Of a stretch of DNA of 64,000 nt, positions 1 through 10,059 are shown piece by piece. The stretch's first letter is position 1. Every line of letters begins with the position of its first letter. The position numbers and the translations under genes are program-made. The notes beneath the pieces are model-generated. The model was not told the origin of the DNA and did no database searches. It saw only the letters and a program-made list of their open reading frames with translations. Origin of the DNA: Candidatus Hydrogenedentota bacterium (lineage in GTDB: Bacteria > Hydrogenedentota > Hydrogenedentia > Hydrogenedentales > SLHB01); assembly GCA_963668025.2 (NCBI GenBank), contig CAXXTH010000008.1, positions 32,001 through 96,000 of the forward strand, read 5' to 3'.

Positions 1-1021
1 TATCGCCAGTTTGAACCGGCAAGAGATCAGAAGCTTGCTACTGGAGTCTGGCTTATGGACGGCGTTCCGGACACGGCCGTTCAGTAAAGCGCCCGCAATG
101 GATAGCGAGCCGCATTCGATTTTCGTGACCGCCATGGACACGAATCCTTTAGCCCCTTCCATGGATGCCATTCTGGAAGGTCAGCAAGAAGACTTCGAGC
201 GCGGGATGATCGCCCTCGCCAAGCTCTGCGAAGGATTCGTCTACGTCTGTAAGGCCAAAGGCTCGAAGATCAGCGTCAATCCCAATACAGGCGCGTCACT
301 AGCCGAGTTTGACGGCATACACCCGGCGGGAACCGCCGGCGTCCATATTCATTTCCTTGATCCCGTGTATCGAGGCAAAACAGTCTGGCACTTGGGCGCG
401 CAAGACGCCATCGCCATAGGCCGTTTGCTTGCGACGGGCCGCTTGCCCGTGGAACGGATTATTTCGCTCGCAGGCCCGCAAGTGCAAAAGCCGCGCCTGC
501 TGCGCACGCGCCTCGGCGCTTCGACGGAAACATTGTGCCAAGGTGAATTGAAAGAAGGCGATAATCGAATCCTATCGGGGTCCGTGTTGTCGGGCCATGC
601 GGCTGGTGGGCCAACGCATGGCTACCTGGGCCGGTATGCCCAGCAAATCTCTGTTTTGCGCGAAGGCCGCGAACGGGAATTCATGGGTTGGATGATGCCT
701 GGCGCGGATAAATTCAGCATCTCGCGCACGTTTCTATCTACGTTCAACAAAAGCAAAAAATACGATTTTACCACCACCACCAATGGCTCCGCGCGCGCCA
801 TGGTGCCGTTTGGCTATTTCGAGCGGGTGATGCCCATGGATTTGATGCCGACCCATCTGCTGCGCGCGCTCGTCATCGGCGATCTGGAACAAGCCGAGCA
901 GTTGGGCTGTTTGGAATTGGATGAAGAAGATTTGGCGCTGTGTTCGTTTGTGTGCGCGGGAAAAATCGATTATGGCTTCCATCTCCGCAAGACCCTCGAA
1001 GCCATTGAGAAAGAAGGCTAA
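1..1021 (+). CDS. nqrA: Na+-translocating NADH:quinone reductase subunit A (5' end outside window)
   Basis: [22 protein letters not shown] and C-terminal [17 protein letters not shown] motifs; TAA overlaps the nqrB ATG (TAATG). Confidence 0.95.
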   Translation, partial: IASLNRQEIRSLLLESGLWTAFRTRPFSKAPAMDSEPHSIFVTAMDTNPLAPSMDAILEGQQEDFERGMIALAKLCEGFVYVCKAKGSKISVNPNTGASLAEFDGIHPAGTAGVHIHFLDPVYRGKTVWHLGAQDAIAIGRLLATGRLPVERIISLAGPQVQKPRLLRTRLGASTETLCQGELKEGDNRILSGSVLSGHAAGGPTHGYLGRYAQQISVLREGREREFMGWMMPGADKFSISRTFLSTFNKSKKYDFTTTTNGSARAMVPFGYFERVMPMDLMPTHLLRALVIGDLEQAEQLGCLELDEEDLALCSFVCAGKIDYGFHLRKTLEAIEKEG

Positions 1022-2268
1022 TGAAACCGCTTCTTGAATTCATGCACAAACAGGCGAAGCTGTTCGAAAAAGGCGGCAAGCTCGCGTTGTTCTACCCGAT
1101 GTGGGAAGCGCTCGACACTTTCCTCTTCACGCCGGGGCAAGTGACGGATGACGCGCCGCATGTGCGCGACGCGGGCGACCTCAAACGTCTCATGACGACC
1201 GTGGTGATCGCCCTCGCGCCCTGCATGCTCATGGCCATGTACAACACGGGCTATCAAGCCCATCTGGCCATCCAGGCAGGCTGCCAGCCGCTCGATAATT
1301 GGCAAACCGCCCTGATGCAGGCGATGGGCCTGCCATTTTCGCCAGCGAATCTCCTAGCCTGCTTCCTGCACGGCGCGTTGTACTACCTGCCAATTTATAT
1401 CGTCACGCTCACCGTGGGCGGCCTTATCGAGGTGGCCTTCTCGATTGTGCGCAAACACGATGTCAACGAAGGTTTTTTGGTCACCAGCGCCCTCTTTCCC
1501 CTGACGCTTCCCGCCACTATCCCTTTGTGGCAAGTGGCCCTCGGGATCGCCTTCGGCGTGATCTTCGGCAAAGAGGTCTTTGGCGGCACGGGGATGAACA
1601 TCTTCAATCCCGCCTTGGTGTCACGCGCGTTTCTCTATTTCGCCTACCCGGCGTACATATCGGGCGACAAGGCCTGGATCGCCGCACAGACCAAGCCCGA
1701 CGCCTATAGCGGCGCGACGTGGCTGTCGGTGTTGAAAGAGCAGGGTTTGGATGGTTTCCAGCAAGGACTGGGGCCGAATCGGCCGGGCCTCACGTGGTGG
1801 GATTCATTTCTGGGTTTCGAGCCCGGCTCGATGGGTGAGACCAGTATGCTCCTGATCCTCATCGGAGCCGCGATTATTGTCTTCACCCGCGTCGCTTCTT
1901 GGCGCGTTATCGCGGGATGTTTCGCGGGCAGCGCCGCCATGAGCATCGGATTCAACCTGCTCCACATGGCAGGCGTCGGCGGAAACTATCTGGCGGTTCC
2001 CTTCTGGTGGCACTGGGTGCTCGGCGGCTTCGCATTCGGGGCGGTGTTCATGGCCACCGATCCGGTATCCTCGCCTTTCACCGAGAGGGGCAAGTGGATT
2101 TATGGCATGATGATAGGCGCTTTCGGCGTCATGGTGCGCACCCTGAACCCCGCGTATCCGGAAAGCTGGATGCTCGCGATCTTGTTCATGAACATGTTTG
2201 CTCCCCTGATCGATCACTTCGTCGTTCGGGCGAACATCAAGAGAAGGATGGCCCGGTATGCAGCGTAG
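1021..2268 (+). CDS. nqrB: Na+-NQR subunit B
   Basis: APHVRDAGDLKRLM, GKEVFGGTGMNIFNPAL, FMN site SGAT, MATDPVSS; operon position. Confidence 0.95.
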   Translation: MKPLLEFMHKQAKLFEKGGKLALFYPMWEALDTFLFTPGQVTDDAPHVRDAGDLKRLMTTVVIALAPCMLMAMYNTGYQAHLAIQAGCQPLDNWQTALMQAMGLPFSPANLLACFLHGALYYLPIYIVTLTVGGLIEVAFSIVRKHDVNEGFLVTSALFPLTLPATIPLWQVALGIAFGVIFGKEVFGGTGMNIFNPALVSRAFLYFAYPAYISGDKAWIAAQTKPDAYSGATWLSVLKEQGLDGFQQGLGPNRPGLTWWDSFLGFEPGSMGETSMLLILIGAAIIVFTRVASWRVIAGCFAGSAAMSIGFNLLHMAGVGGNYLAVPFWWHWVLGGFAFGAVFMATDPVSSPFTERGKWIYGMMIGAFGVMVRTLNPAYPESWMLAILFMNMFAPLIDHFVVRANIKRRMARYAA

Positions 2269-3037
2269 TGGAACGGCTTATACGCTGGTCTTCTCGGCGG
2301 TCATGTGCATCGTCTGCTCGATCATGGTGGCGGGCGCGGCGGTGCTCTTCAAGCCCAAACAAGATGAGAATGCCGTGCTGTTTCAGATGAAGCAAGTGCT
2401 ATTGGTCTCGGGATTGATCAAACAGGGCGAAGAACCGCCCGCCGCCGAGATCAAGAAACGCTTCGCGGACAACATCCAGGTGCATTACATCGATTTGAAG
2501 ACTGGCGATAATACGGACGGACAAACGCCCGCTGGATATAATCCCGTGAAGGCCCTGGGCGACGCCTCGACGAGCTATAAAGCGCCCGAAAATAATGCCG
2601 GCGTCATGACGCTTCCCAAGTATGCCGTCGTGCATCAGTTGATGCGGAACGGCCAGGTCGAGATGAATATCCTTCAGATCTGGGGCCAAGGACTCTGGTC
2701 CACCATGTACGGCTATCTCGCATTGGATAAAGACGGAAACACCATCCAGGGCCTTACCTATTATCAACAAGGTGAGACGCCTGGTTTGGGCGGTGAGGTG
2801 GACAATCCCAAATGGAAAGCCAGATGGCCGGGCCGCAAGGCGTTTGATGCCGAAGGCAAGCCCGTGGTGGCCATGCGCAAAGGCGGCGCAGGCTCCATCG
2901 AGGATGATCCCCATGGATTCGATGCCCTGTCTGGCGCCACAATCACCAGCCGCGCCGTCGAGCACATGCTCAATTTCTGGCTGGGCCCTGACGGATATGC
3001 GCCATACTTGGAGCGGTTTCATAGCGGAGTAAGGTGA
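2258..3037 (+). CDS. nqrC: Na+-NQR subunit C
   Basis: N-terminal TM helix, GQGLWS, GETPGLGGEVDNP, FMN site LSGATITS. Confidence 0.95.
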   Translation: MQRSGTAYTLVFSAVMCIVCSIMVAGAAVLFKPKQDENAVLFQMKQVLLVSGLIKQGEEPPAAEIKKRFADNIQVHYIDLKTGDNTDGQTPAGYNPVKALGDASTSYKAPENNAGVMTLPKYAVVHQLMRNGQVEMNILQIWGQGLWSTMYGYLALDKDGNTIQGLTYYQQGETPGLGGEVDNPKWKARWPGRKAFDAEGKPVVAMRKGGAGSIEDDPHGFDALSGATITSRAVEHMLNFWLGPDGYAPYLERFHSGVR

Positions 3038-3119
3038 GAATAAAAAAGCAAGCATGCAAATCTACCCATGCTACGAATACAACACGTCATTTAGTTAGGT
3101 AAATGATGGGAAAACTGAA

Positions 3120-3773
3120 ATGAAACCATACAATCCAATTAGTTTCAAAGTCAGTGCGTGTAACTGTCCTTTTTGTGGAGCTTATTCCGCTCAGCATTGG
3201 TTAGGTGCCACATCGACAGAGCTAAAAAATAAAAGTTATCTAGGTAAAAGTCCATTCATATTTTCGTTCTGTGAACATTGCCGAAAGCAGACTGTCTGGT
3301 TAGAGGGCAAAATGGTATATCCTTTCAGCGGATCTGCACCTTTACCTAATGCAGATATGCCGCATGATATGAGGGAAGACTTTGAAGAGGCAAGAAACAT
3401 CGTAGAACACTCCCCAAGAGGCGCGATGGCATTGCTGAGATTGGCAGTTCAGAAGTTTTGTATACACCTTGGAGAGAATGGCAAGAATATTAATACAGAT
3501 ATTGGGAAACTTGTCGCAAAGGGCTTGCCAGGGAAAATGCAGCAAGCTCTAGACAGTGTCCGAGTGATAGGGAATAACGCTGTTCATCCCGGCCAGATAG
3601 ATTTAAAGGATGATAGGGAAAGTGCATACAAACTGTTTGGGTTCATAAATATTATGGTTGATATTCTTATAACACAGCCCAAAAGCATTGATGAATTCTA
3701 TGACCTGAAGATTCCGCCGAATCAAAAAGATGCTATAGCGGAAAGAGATGGCAAGATAGAACCGAACAGTTGA
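3120..3773 (+). CDS. DUF4145 (HEPN-superfamily) protein with N-terminal Zn ribbon
   Basis: CPFC...CEHC, then DFEEAR..SPRGAMALLRLAVQ and RVIGNNAVH; visibly AT-richer than the nqr genes. Confidence 0.8.
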   Translation: MKPYNPISFKVSACNCPFCGAYSAQHWLGATSTELKNKSYLGKSPFIFSFCEHCRKQTVWLEGKMVYPFSGSAPLPNADMPHDMREDFEEARNIVEHSPRGAMALLRLAVQKFCIHLGENGKNINTDIGKLVAKGLPGKMQQALDSVRVIGNNAVHPGQIDLKDDRESAYKLFGFINIMVDILITQPKSIDEFYDLKIPPNQKDAIAERDGKIEPNS

Positions 3774-3809
3774 TTTGCTGGTTCGCCAAACAGAGGAATT
3801 GGTTGCCAA

Positions 3810-4184
3810 TTGTGCATTGAGCAGAATAGTAAGGAAACCCGGACGCCACGCGATTTCGTGGATGAGGCCATTCTTCGCGCCATGACGGAAGCAATTGTCG
3901 ATGCCATTGATCCCGATGAAGTTATTTTGTTTGGTTCACAGGCCAAGGATGCCGCGCATGAAGGTTCCGACGTTGATCTGCTAGTGATTGTTCCTGATAC
4001 GCCATATATTGTCCGGCACCGCAGTGCGGAAACAGGGCGTTTATATCGTTCATTGAAGCGTTTCCGGGTGTCGAAAGACATATTACTGTACACGCGTTCG
4101 GAAGCTGAACACTGGAGAAACACGGCAGGCCATGTAGTGGCGTCGGGATATGCGGAAGGCAGGCTGCTGTATGAGCGCCAATGA
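3810..4184 (+). CDS. Minimal nucleotidyltransferase (MNT, antitoxin-type); start uncertain
   Basis: VILFGSQAK...SDVDLLVI (GS-x10-DxD) and C-terminal EGRLLYE. Confidence 0.85.
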   Translation: MCIEQNSKETRTPRDFVDEAILRAMTEAIVDAIDPDEVILFGSQAKDAAHEGSDVDLLVIVPDTPYIVRHRSAETGRLYRSLKRFRVSKDILLYTRSEAEHWRNTAGHVVASGYAEGRLLYERQ

Positions 4185-4200
4185 GGCATTGAACTTATTT

Positions 4201-4469
4201 GGTAACACTTTAGCCATCTGGAGCAAAAACATTGGACTGATTTTTTAAACCGCGAATAGATGCGAATAAACGCGAATACATGGCAAATCTCCGTTAAAGG
4301 AATATTTTTTTGACAGGATTTACAAGATGAACAAGATTTTTTGTAACACTTTAGCAACTGAAGCAGGTTTGGCTTTATGAAGAATCGTTGCGATCTAGTC
4401 CAATCTTGTGCATCTTGTAAATCCTGTCTAAAAAAAGCTGCCATAGCTTTAGTCGGCTAGAGTATTACC
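4201..4469. mobile_element. MITE family A, 269 bp
   Basis: TIRs GGTAACACTTTAGCC (4201-4215) and GGCTAGAGTATTACC (4455-4469); TTATTT duplicated at 4195-4200 and 4470-4475; internal 27-bp inverted repeat 4312-4338/4402-4428. Confidence 0.8.
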
Positions 4470-4511
4470 TTATTTGTAACCGCTGCCCAAGCGGCGCTGG
4501 AGGAATAACAA

Positions 4512-5144
4512 ATGGCGGTGTTTGGCAAGGAAGAACGCGAGGCGTTTTTCGATCCCGTTTTTGAAAACAATCCGATAGCGTTACAGGTGCTGGGCATCTG
4601 CAGCGCGCTGGCGGTCACCACGCAAATGAAAACGGCGCTGGTCATGTCGATTGCCTTGACGGTGGTGACGGGCTTCTCGAATCTGGCGGTGAGCCTGATT
4701 CGCAACAGCACGCCCTTTTCCGTGCGCCTCATTGTCCAAATGACCGTCATTTCCTCCATTGTGATTGTCGTGGACCAATTCATGCGGGCCTACCTGTTTT
4801 CCGTAAGCCAGCAATTGAGCGTGTATGTCGGTTTGATCATCACGAATTGCATCGTGCTGGGCCGCGCCGAAGGCTACGCCATGCAGAATCCGCCCTGGCG
4901 CAGTTTCATCGACGGCATCGGCAACGGCGCGGGATATAGTGTCATCCTCGTTGCGCTCGCCGTCTTTCGTGAACTCTTCGGTTCCGGGCGGCTATTGGGT
5001 TATCAGATTCTGCCATTAGTCACGGATGGCGGCTGGTATGTGCCTAACGGCTTGCTGCTGCTGGCCCCGGCGGCGTTTTTCCTGATCGCGGTGATCATCT
5101 GGATATTGCGCACCGTAAAGCCCAACCAGGTGGAGGTGGACTGA
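4512..5144 (+). CDS. nqrD: Na+-NQR subunit D
   Basis: [33 protein letters not shown]. Confidence 0.95.
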   Translation: MAVFGKEEREAFFDPVFENNPIALQVLGICSALAVTTQMKTALVMSIALTVVTGFSNLAVSLIRNSTPFSVRLIVQMTVISSIVIVVDQFMRAYLFSVSQQLSVYVGLIITNCIVLGRAEGYAMQNPPWRSFIDGIGNGAGYSVILVALAVFRELFGSGRLLGYQILPLVTDGGWYVPNGLLLLAPAAFFLIAVIIWILRTVKPNQVEVD

Positions 5145-5145
5145 T

Positions 5146-5763
5146 ATGCTCGAGCATTACTTGAGCCTCGGCGTTAAATCGATCTTCATCGAAAACATGG
5201 CCTTGGCCTTCTTCCTGGGCATGTGCTCGTTTCTAAACTCCTCGAAAAAGCTCGATACCGCCATGGGCCTGGGCGCGGCGGTGGTGTTCGTACAGATAAT
5301 GACAGTGCCCTTAAACAACCTTATCTATATGCATTTGCTTAGGGAAGGCGCGCTGGCTTGGGTGCATCCGTCATTTGCCCGCTTGGATCTCTCGTTTCTC
5401 GCCTTTCTCACCTTCATGGGCAGCATCGCGGCAGCCGTGCAATTGGTCGAGATGGCGCTGGACAAATACATGCCCAAGTTATACATCGCGCTGGGCGTTT
5501 TCCTGCCATTGATTACGGTGAACTGCGCCATTCTAGGCGGTTCGCTCTTCATGATGCAGCGCGAATACGATTTCGGCGAAAGCGTAGTGTATGGATTCGG
5601 CTCCGGGGCGGGTTGGGCGCTGGCGATCATCGCGCTGGCGGCCATTCGCGAGAAGATGCGGTATAGCAACGTGCCGCCTGCCTTGCGCGGCCTCGGCATT
5701 TCATTTATCACGGCAGGGCTGATGGCGATAGCGTTCATGTCCTTCTCGGGAATTCAGTTGTAA
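5146..5763 (+). CDS. nqrE: Na+-NQR subunit E
   Basis: [38 protein letters not shown]. Confidence 0.95.
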   Translation: MLEHYLSLGVKSIFIENMALAFFLGMCSFLNSSKKLDTAMGLGAAVVFVQIMTVPLNNLIYMHLLREGALAWVHPSFARLDLSFLAFLTFMGSIAAAVQLVEMALDKYMPKLYIALGVFLPLITVNCAILGGSLFMMQREYDFGESVVYGFGSGAGWALAIIALAAIREKMRYSNVPPALRGLGISFITAGLMAIAFMSFSGIQL

Positions 5764-5824
5764 CGCCGTTCGATTGGGCCAGCCGCCGCAACCGGCGCAG
5801 GCCTCAAAATAGAGGGTATAGGCG

Positions 5825-7069
5825 ATGTTAACCATTATCATGGGAATGTTCATGTTCTCATTTATCATCGTGGGGCTGGTGGTGTTACTCATGGCCGCGA
5901 AGGCGAAGCTCGTGAGCGTCGGGAATGTGGATATCGTCATTAACGACGATCAAAACAAGACCCTCCAAGCGGCGGTAGGTTCGAGCCTCCTCAGTACCCT
6001 GGCCCAGCAAAAAATCTATATCCCGTCCGCCTGTGGCGGCAAAGGCAGTTGCGGCGTATGTAAAGTCACCGTGAAGGAAATCGGCGGCCAGGCGGGCGGC
6101 GGCGCGCTGCTCCCCACGGAACTCAATTTCATCAGCCGGGGCGCGGCCCGCGAGGGACGGCGTTTATCTTGCCAGCTTAAAGTAAAGCAGAATATGAAGA
6201 TCGAGGTGCCGCCGGAGATCTTCAGCGTCCAGCAATGGCAATGCAAGGTGCGCTCGAATCGCAATGTCGCCACCTTTATAAAAGAATTGGTGCTCGAACT
6301 GCCCGAAGGCCAGCATGTCCCTTTCCGCGCGGGCGGTTATATCCAGACTCTATGCCCGCCGCATAAAGTGTCTTATAAGGATTTCGATATTGATGAGCGG
6401 TTCCGGGAAGACTGGGATAAGTTCAATCTGTGGCGATTCGAGTCGGTTTGTGAAGAAAATGTCAGCCGTGCGTATAGCATGGCCAACTATCCCGAAGAGC
6501 GCGGTATTATCATGCTGAATGTACGCATCGCTTCACCGCCGCCGCGCTCGCCCGAAGGCACCCCGCCCGGCATCATGTCGTCTTATATTTTCAACCTCAA
6601 ACCAGGTGATGAAGTGACCATTTCGGGCCCCTTTGGCGAATTTTTCGCCAAAGATACCAGCGCTGAGATGGTGTTCATCGGCGGCGGCGCGGGCATGGCT
6701 CCCATGCGCTCCCATATCTTCGACCAATTGCACCGCCTAGATTCCAAACGTAAAATGTCCTTCTGGTACGGTGCGCGCAGCCTCCGCGAGGCGTTCTATG
6801 TGGAGGAGTTCGATGCCATCCAAAAAGAGCATGATAATTTCAAATGGCATTTGGCCCTTTCCGAACCGTTGTCCGAGGATAATTGGAATGGCTATATCGG
6901 TTTTATCCACCAAGTGTTGTATAACCACTATTTAAAAAATCATTCCACCCCCGAGGACTGCGAATACTACATTTGCGGCCCCCCGATGATGCTTTCGGCG
7001 GTTACAAACATGCTGCACGACTTAGGCGTCGAAGATGAAAATATCCTCTTCGATGATTTTGGCAGCTAA
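5825..7069 (+). CDS. nqrF: Na+-NQR subunit F
   Basis: 2Fe-2S motif [36 protein letters not shown]-terminal DDFG. Confidence 0.97.
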   Translation: MLTIIMGMFMFSFIIVGLVVLLMAAKAKLVSVGNVDIVINDDQNKTLQAAVGSSLLSTLAQQKIYIPSACGGKGSCGVCKVTVKEIGGQAGGGALLPTELNFISRGAAREGRRLSCQLKVKQNMKIEVPPEIFSVQQWQCKVRSNRNVATFIKELVLELPEGQHVPFRAGGYIQTLCPPHKVSYKDFDIDERFREDWDKFNLWRFESVCEENVSRAYSMANYPEERGIIMLNVRIASPPPRSPEGTPPGIMSSYIFNLKPGDEVTISGPFGEFFAKDTSAEMVFIGGGAGMAPMRSHIFDQLHRLDSKRKMSFWYGARSLREAFYVEEFDAIQKEHDNFKWHLALSEPLSEDNWNGYIGFIHQVLYNHYLKNHSTPEDCEYYICGPPMMLSAVTNMLHDLGVEDENILFDDFGS

Positions 7070-7111
7070 CCGTAAAGACCTTCCTAACTGTTTGAGTGTG
7101 GAGTAGCTTCC

Positions 7112-8182
7112 ATGAATGCCAGATTTGTTTCGCGCGGCTTGCCATACAAACCATGCCCCCCTTGCATGGCCGTTTTTTGCATATCGCTTCTCGTGCTTAC
7201 GGCAGGATGTCATAAAACGCCCAATACGGCGGAAATCACGGGCAAAACCATGGGCACCACGTATACGGTGAAAGCCGTCGTGGAACCGGATGCGAATCCC
7301 GAAACCGTGGCGAAACTGGGCGATATCGTGCAAAACGCCGTGGACGAAGTGAATAACCGCATGTCCACTTTCAAGCAAGATTCGGAGTTGTCAAAATTCA
7401 ATCAATTCCAGGATACCGCGCCATTTCAGATTTCCCGCGAAATGATGGAGGTATTCACTTTGGCATGGCGCGTGAGCGCAGAAACCGGAGGCGCTTTCGA
7501 TGTCACCGTCGGGCCTCTTGTAAATGCCTGGGGTTTTGGCCCGCCCGGCCATGAAACTAAGCCGCCCACGGACGAAGAATTAGCGGCATTGCGGGAACGG
7601 GTAGGGTATGAGAAAGTCGAAATAGACCCTGATGCCTGCACCCTCCGCAAAACCCGGCCTGATATTTATTGTGATTTATCGGCCATCGCCAAGGGATATG
7701 GCGTGGATCAAGTAGCCAAAGCGCTTGAGGCGGCAGGTTTTCAACGCTACATGGTCGAAGTGGGAGGGGAGGTGCGCACTTTAGGGGTGAATAGCGCGGG
7801 CGAGCCATGGCGTATCGCCATCGAACAGCCTACCCCCGATGAGCGTTCCATCGAGAAAGTCGTGCCCTTAAACGGATGGTCCATGGCGACCTCGGGCGAT
7901 TACCGGAATTTCCGGCAAGTGGACGGGCAGACCTTCTCACATGAGATTGATCCGCATACGGGACGCCCCATCCAGCATAAACTGGCCGCCGCAAGTGTTA
8001 TCGCTAAAGACTGCGCCACTGCCGATGCCTACGCGACAGGCATGATGGTGCTGGGTCCGGAAGCAGGCATGGCGCTGGCCCAAAAAGAAGGACTCATTGT
8101 GCTGCTCATCTTGCATGGCGAAAACGGCGGCTTCAAGGTGGAAACATCAAGAGCCTTCGACCAATTTATCAATCCAGAATAA
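7112..8182 (+). CDS. apbE: FAD:protein FMN transferase (lipoprotein)
   Basis: lipobox TAGC, TMGTTY, DLSAIAKGYGVD, ATSGDYRN, ADAYAT. Confidence 0.95.
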   Translation: MNARFVSRGLPYKPCPPCMAVFCISLLVLTAGCHKTPNTAEITGKTMGTTYTVKAVVEPDANPETVAKLGDIVQNAVDEVNNRMSTFKQDSELSKFNQFQDTAPFQISREMMEVFTLAWRVSAETGGAFDVTVGPLVNAWGFGPPGHETKPPTDEELAALRERVGYEKVEIDPDACTLRKTRPDIYCDLSAIAKGYGVDQVAKALEAAGFQRYMVEVGGEVRTLGVNSAGEPWRIAIEQPTPDERSIEKVVPLNGWSMATSGDYRNFRQVDGQTFSHEIDPHTGRPIQHKLAAASVIAKDCATADAYATGMMVLGPEAGMALAQKEGLIVLLILHGENGGFKVETSRAFDQFINPE

Positions 8183-8194
8183 TATTCGCTCTTC

Positions 8195-8218
8195 GTGGCA
8201 TGGGCGTCCCGCCCATGC
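8195..8218 (+). repeat. REP-like palindrome
   Basis: GTGGCATGGGCGTCCCGCCCATGC: tetranucleotide followed by a hairpin, intergenic. Confidence 0.5.
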
Positions 8219-8259
8219 GAGCCGCTGTTCGGACAGTATAAAAAGGTGGTTTTATCGCC

Positions 8260-8466
8260 ATGGCCGTTTTTTTATTGAGCACGCTTATCGTCGGAGCAGT
8301 ATTTCTCCTGCTCAGCATCGGCGTCATATGCCACAAGCGTACGCCCCTGAAAAGCTGCGGCGGCGCACGAAACATCGGCCTGGATGGACGCCCGGCCCAA
8401 TGCGCTTCCTGCGCCCAATCCGGTGAAGGCCGCGGCGATGCCTGCGGCCGTGATGATACGCAATAA
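8260..8466 (+). CDS. nqrM: Na+-NQR maturation protein NqrM-like
   Basis: single TM helix then LKSCGG...CASC...C, directly after apbE. Confidence 0.7.
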   Translation: MAVFLLSTLIVGAVFLLLSIGVICHKRTPLKSCGGARNIGLDGRPAQCASCAQSGEGRGDACGRDDTQ

Positions 8467-8469
8467 ACG

Positions 8470-9477
8470 TCAAGCCGGCCTGTTCCGGGGGGCCGCGAGC
8501 TTAATCACCAGCAATTCCAGGGCAAGTGAACGGTCAACTCCCGTGGAGCGAAAGAGCAGGTCTGTCTCGATGCAAAGGGCGAAGGCGTCCCTGAATTTAG
8601 CCAGGCCGAGCTTAGTTGCAAGGGGCTTGACTTTATCGGCGGCAAACCGATTAATGCTGGCCCCCGCCTCACCGCCCGCGGCCACGCCGTATGCCGTGCG
8701 CAGGAGCCAGTTAATCGAGCCCAAAATCTGAAATTCGTTCTTGTTCGGTTCGATGAGTTCCCGGAGCACGCGAATGGCCTTGGTGGTGTTCGATGCGGCG
8801 ATGGCGTCCGTGAGCGCCCATACTTCTTCTTCATCCACATCGGAACAGGCGGCTTCTACATCCTTTTCCTCGATGGATTCCCGTTCGCCAATGTAGTTGC
8901 AGATGATTTCAACCGCGTTCCGTACATCCGAAAGGTGCTTGCCCGTGCGGGCGAAGAGCTGCTGCAATGCCGCTGTTTGTATCGTTTTACCGCGCGCCTC
9001 AATCTCTCGCCTTGCCCATTTGAGCACTTCATCTTCTTTGAGTTCCGGGCACTCGACAATGCGGCCCGCGCGTTCACATACTTTGAAGAGTTTCAACCGC
9101 CGGTCGATTTGGGTGGCCACCAGCAGCATCAACGTGGTGTCCGAAGGCGTTTCGATATAAGACAGGATGGGCTTCCCTACGGTCTCGAATTGGTAATGGT
9201 CCGCGCGATGCACGACAATCACCCGGCGTTCCGTAAGAAAGGGTACGGTCAGCGCATTATTCACCACCTCGCGCGGATCGGATTCATCCGCATAATACAT
9301 CGTGAAGCATAAATCACGCATCGAAGGCTCCACGAAGCGCTCGATAGCGGCTTGCACCGCTTGTTCCGCGAGCATGGGCTCATAAGTGGAAACCTTCGGG
9401 CCTTTATGAGGGCAGAATAAATAGACCGGCGCGGGAACGCCTGAGGCGATTTCCTTGTGGAATTCGGCGATATTCAC
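8470..9477 (-). CDS. holA: DNA polymerase III delta subunit
   Basis: PVYLF, TVPFLTERRVIVV, VWALTDAI, LELLVIKL; follows lptE. Confidence 0.9.
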   Translation of the reverse strand: MNIAEFHKEIASGVPAPVYLFCPHKGPKVSTYEPMLAEQAVQAAIERFVEPSMRDLCFTMYYADESDPREVVNNALTVPFLTERRVIVVHRADHYQFETVGKPILSYIETPSDTTLMLLVATQIDRRLKLFKVCERAGRIVECPELKEDEVLKWARREIEARGKTIQTAALQQLFARTGKHLSDVRNAVEIICNYIGERESIEEKDVEAACSDVDEEEVWALTDAIAASNTTKAIRVLRELIEPNKNEFQILGSINWLLRTAYGVAAGGEAGASINRFAADKVKPLATKLGLAKFRDAFALCIETDLLFRSTGVDRSLALELLVIKLAAPRNRPA

Positions 9478-9483
9478 GGCTGG

Positions 9484-10050
9484 CTACCAGGGTTCGATGG
9501 TGCGATAAAAGATATCCGAGGCCAATTGTTCGAGGGCTTCGCTTGCGCCTTGATTCTCTTCTTCCGACGCGAAAGAACGCACCGCAGGCAAATATACTTC
9601 GGCGTTTCCACGCAACCGGTCGGAAGACTGCCCCGTGGCCCGCGTATAGAAGCTTGCCTCGCCTGTCATGGCCCGCTCTTCCCAAAGCACCTCGCCCGTC
9701 TTACCATCCGAGCAACGCACGCCCGCCAGAACAACACACATATACTGTGTGACTTCGTCATTGAGATCGTCCGTCAGGCCTTTTAGCTTATAATCCCGGA
9801 TAACACCCTCAAGAATAAGGTCCGCATTATCCTGTTCCACGAGGCGCAAACGGCCATCCGTGATAAATTTGCGGCGCAACGCATTCGACAGCGGCGCTTG
9901 TAAATCATATTCCTTGCCGATATTTTGAAACGCGGTGACATACACCGTCTGGTACTTCGGATCAAGGGAACTCATGGTTGAATACCCACATCCGGAGAGC
10001 AGCCCGGCGAGACTTATTGCCCATATCACTAGAACGGCTTGCCGTTTCAT
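9484..10050 (-). CDS. lptE: LPS assembly lipoprotein LptE family
   Basis: lipobox LSGCGY, ADLILEGVI, EQLASDI; upstream of holA. Confidence 0.8.
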   Translation of the reverse strand: MKRQAVLVIWAISLAGLLSGCGYSTMSSLDPKYQTVYVTAFQNIGKEYDLQAPLSNALRRKFITDGRLRLVEQDNADLILEGVIRDYKLKGLTDDLNDEVTQYMCVVLAGVRCSDGKTGEVLWEERAMTGEASFYTRATGQSSDRLRGNAEVYLPAVRSFASEEENQGASEALEQLASDIFYRTIEPW

Positions 10051-10059
10051 ATACTTGCC

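Noticed and set aside
3722-4444. 240-aa minus-strand ORF
   Set aside because: Antisense to the MNT gene and runs through the MITE; no recognisable motifs
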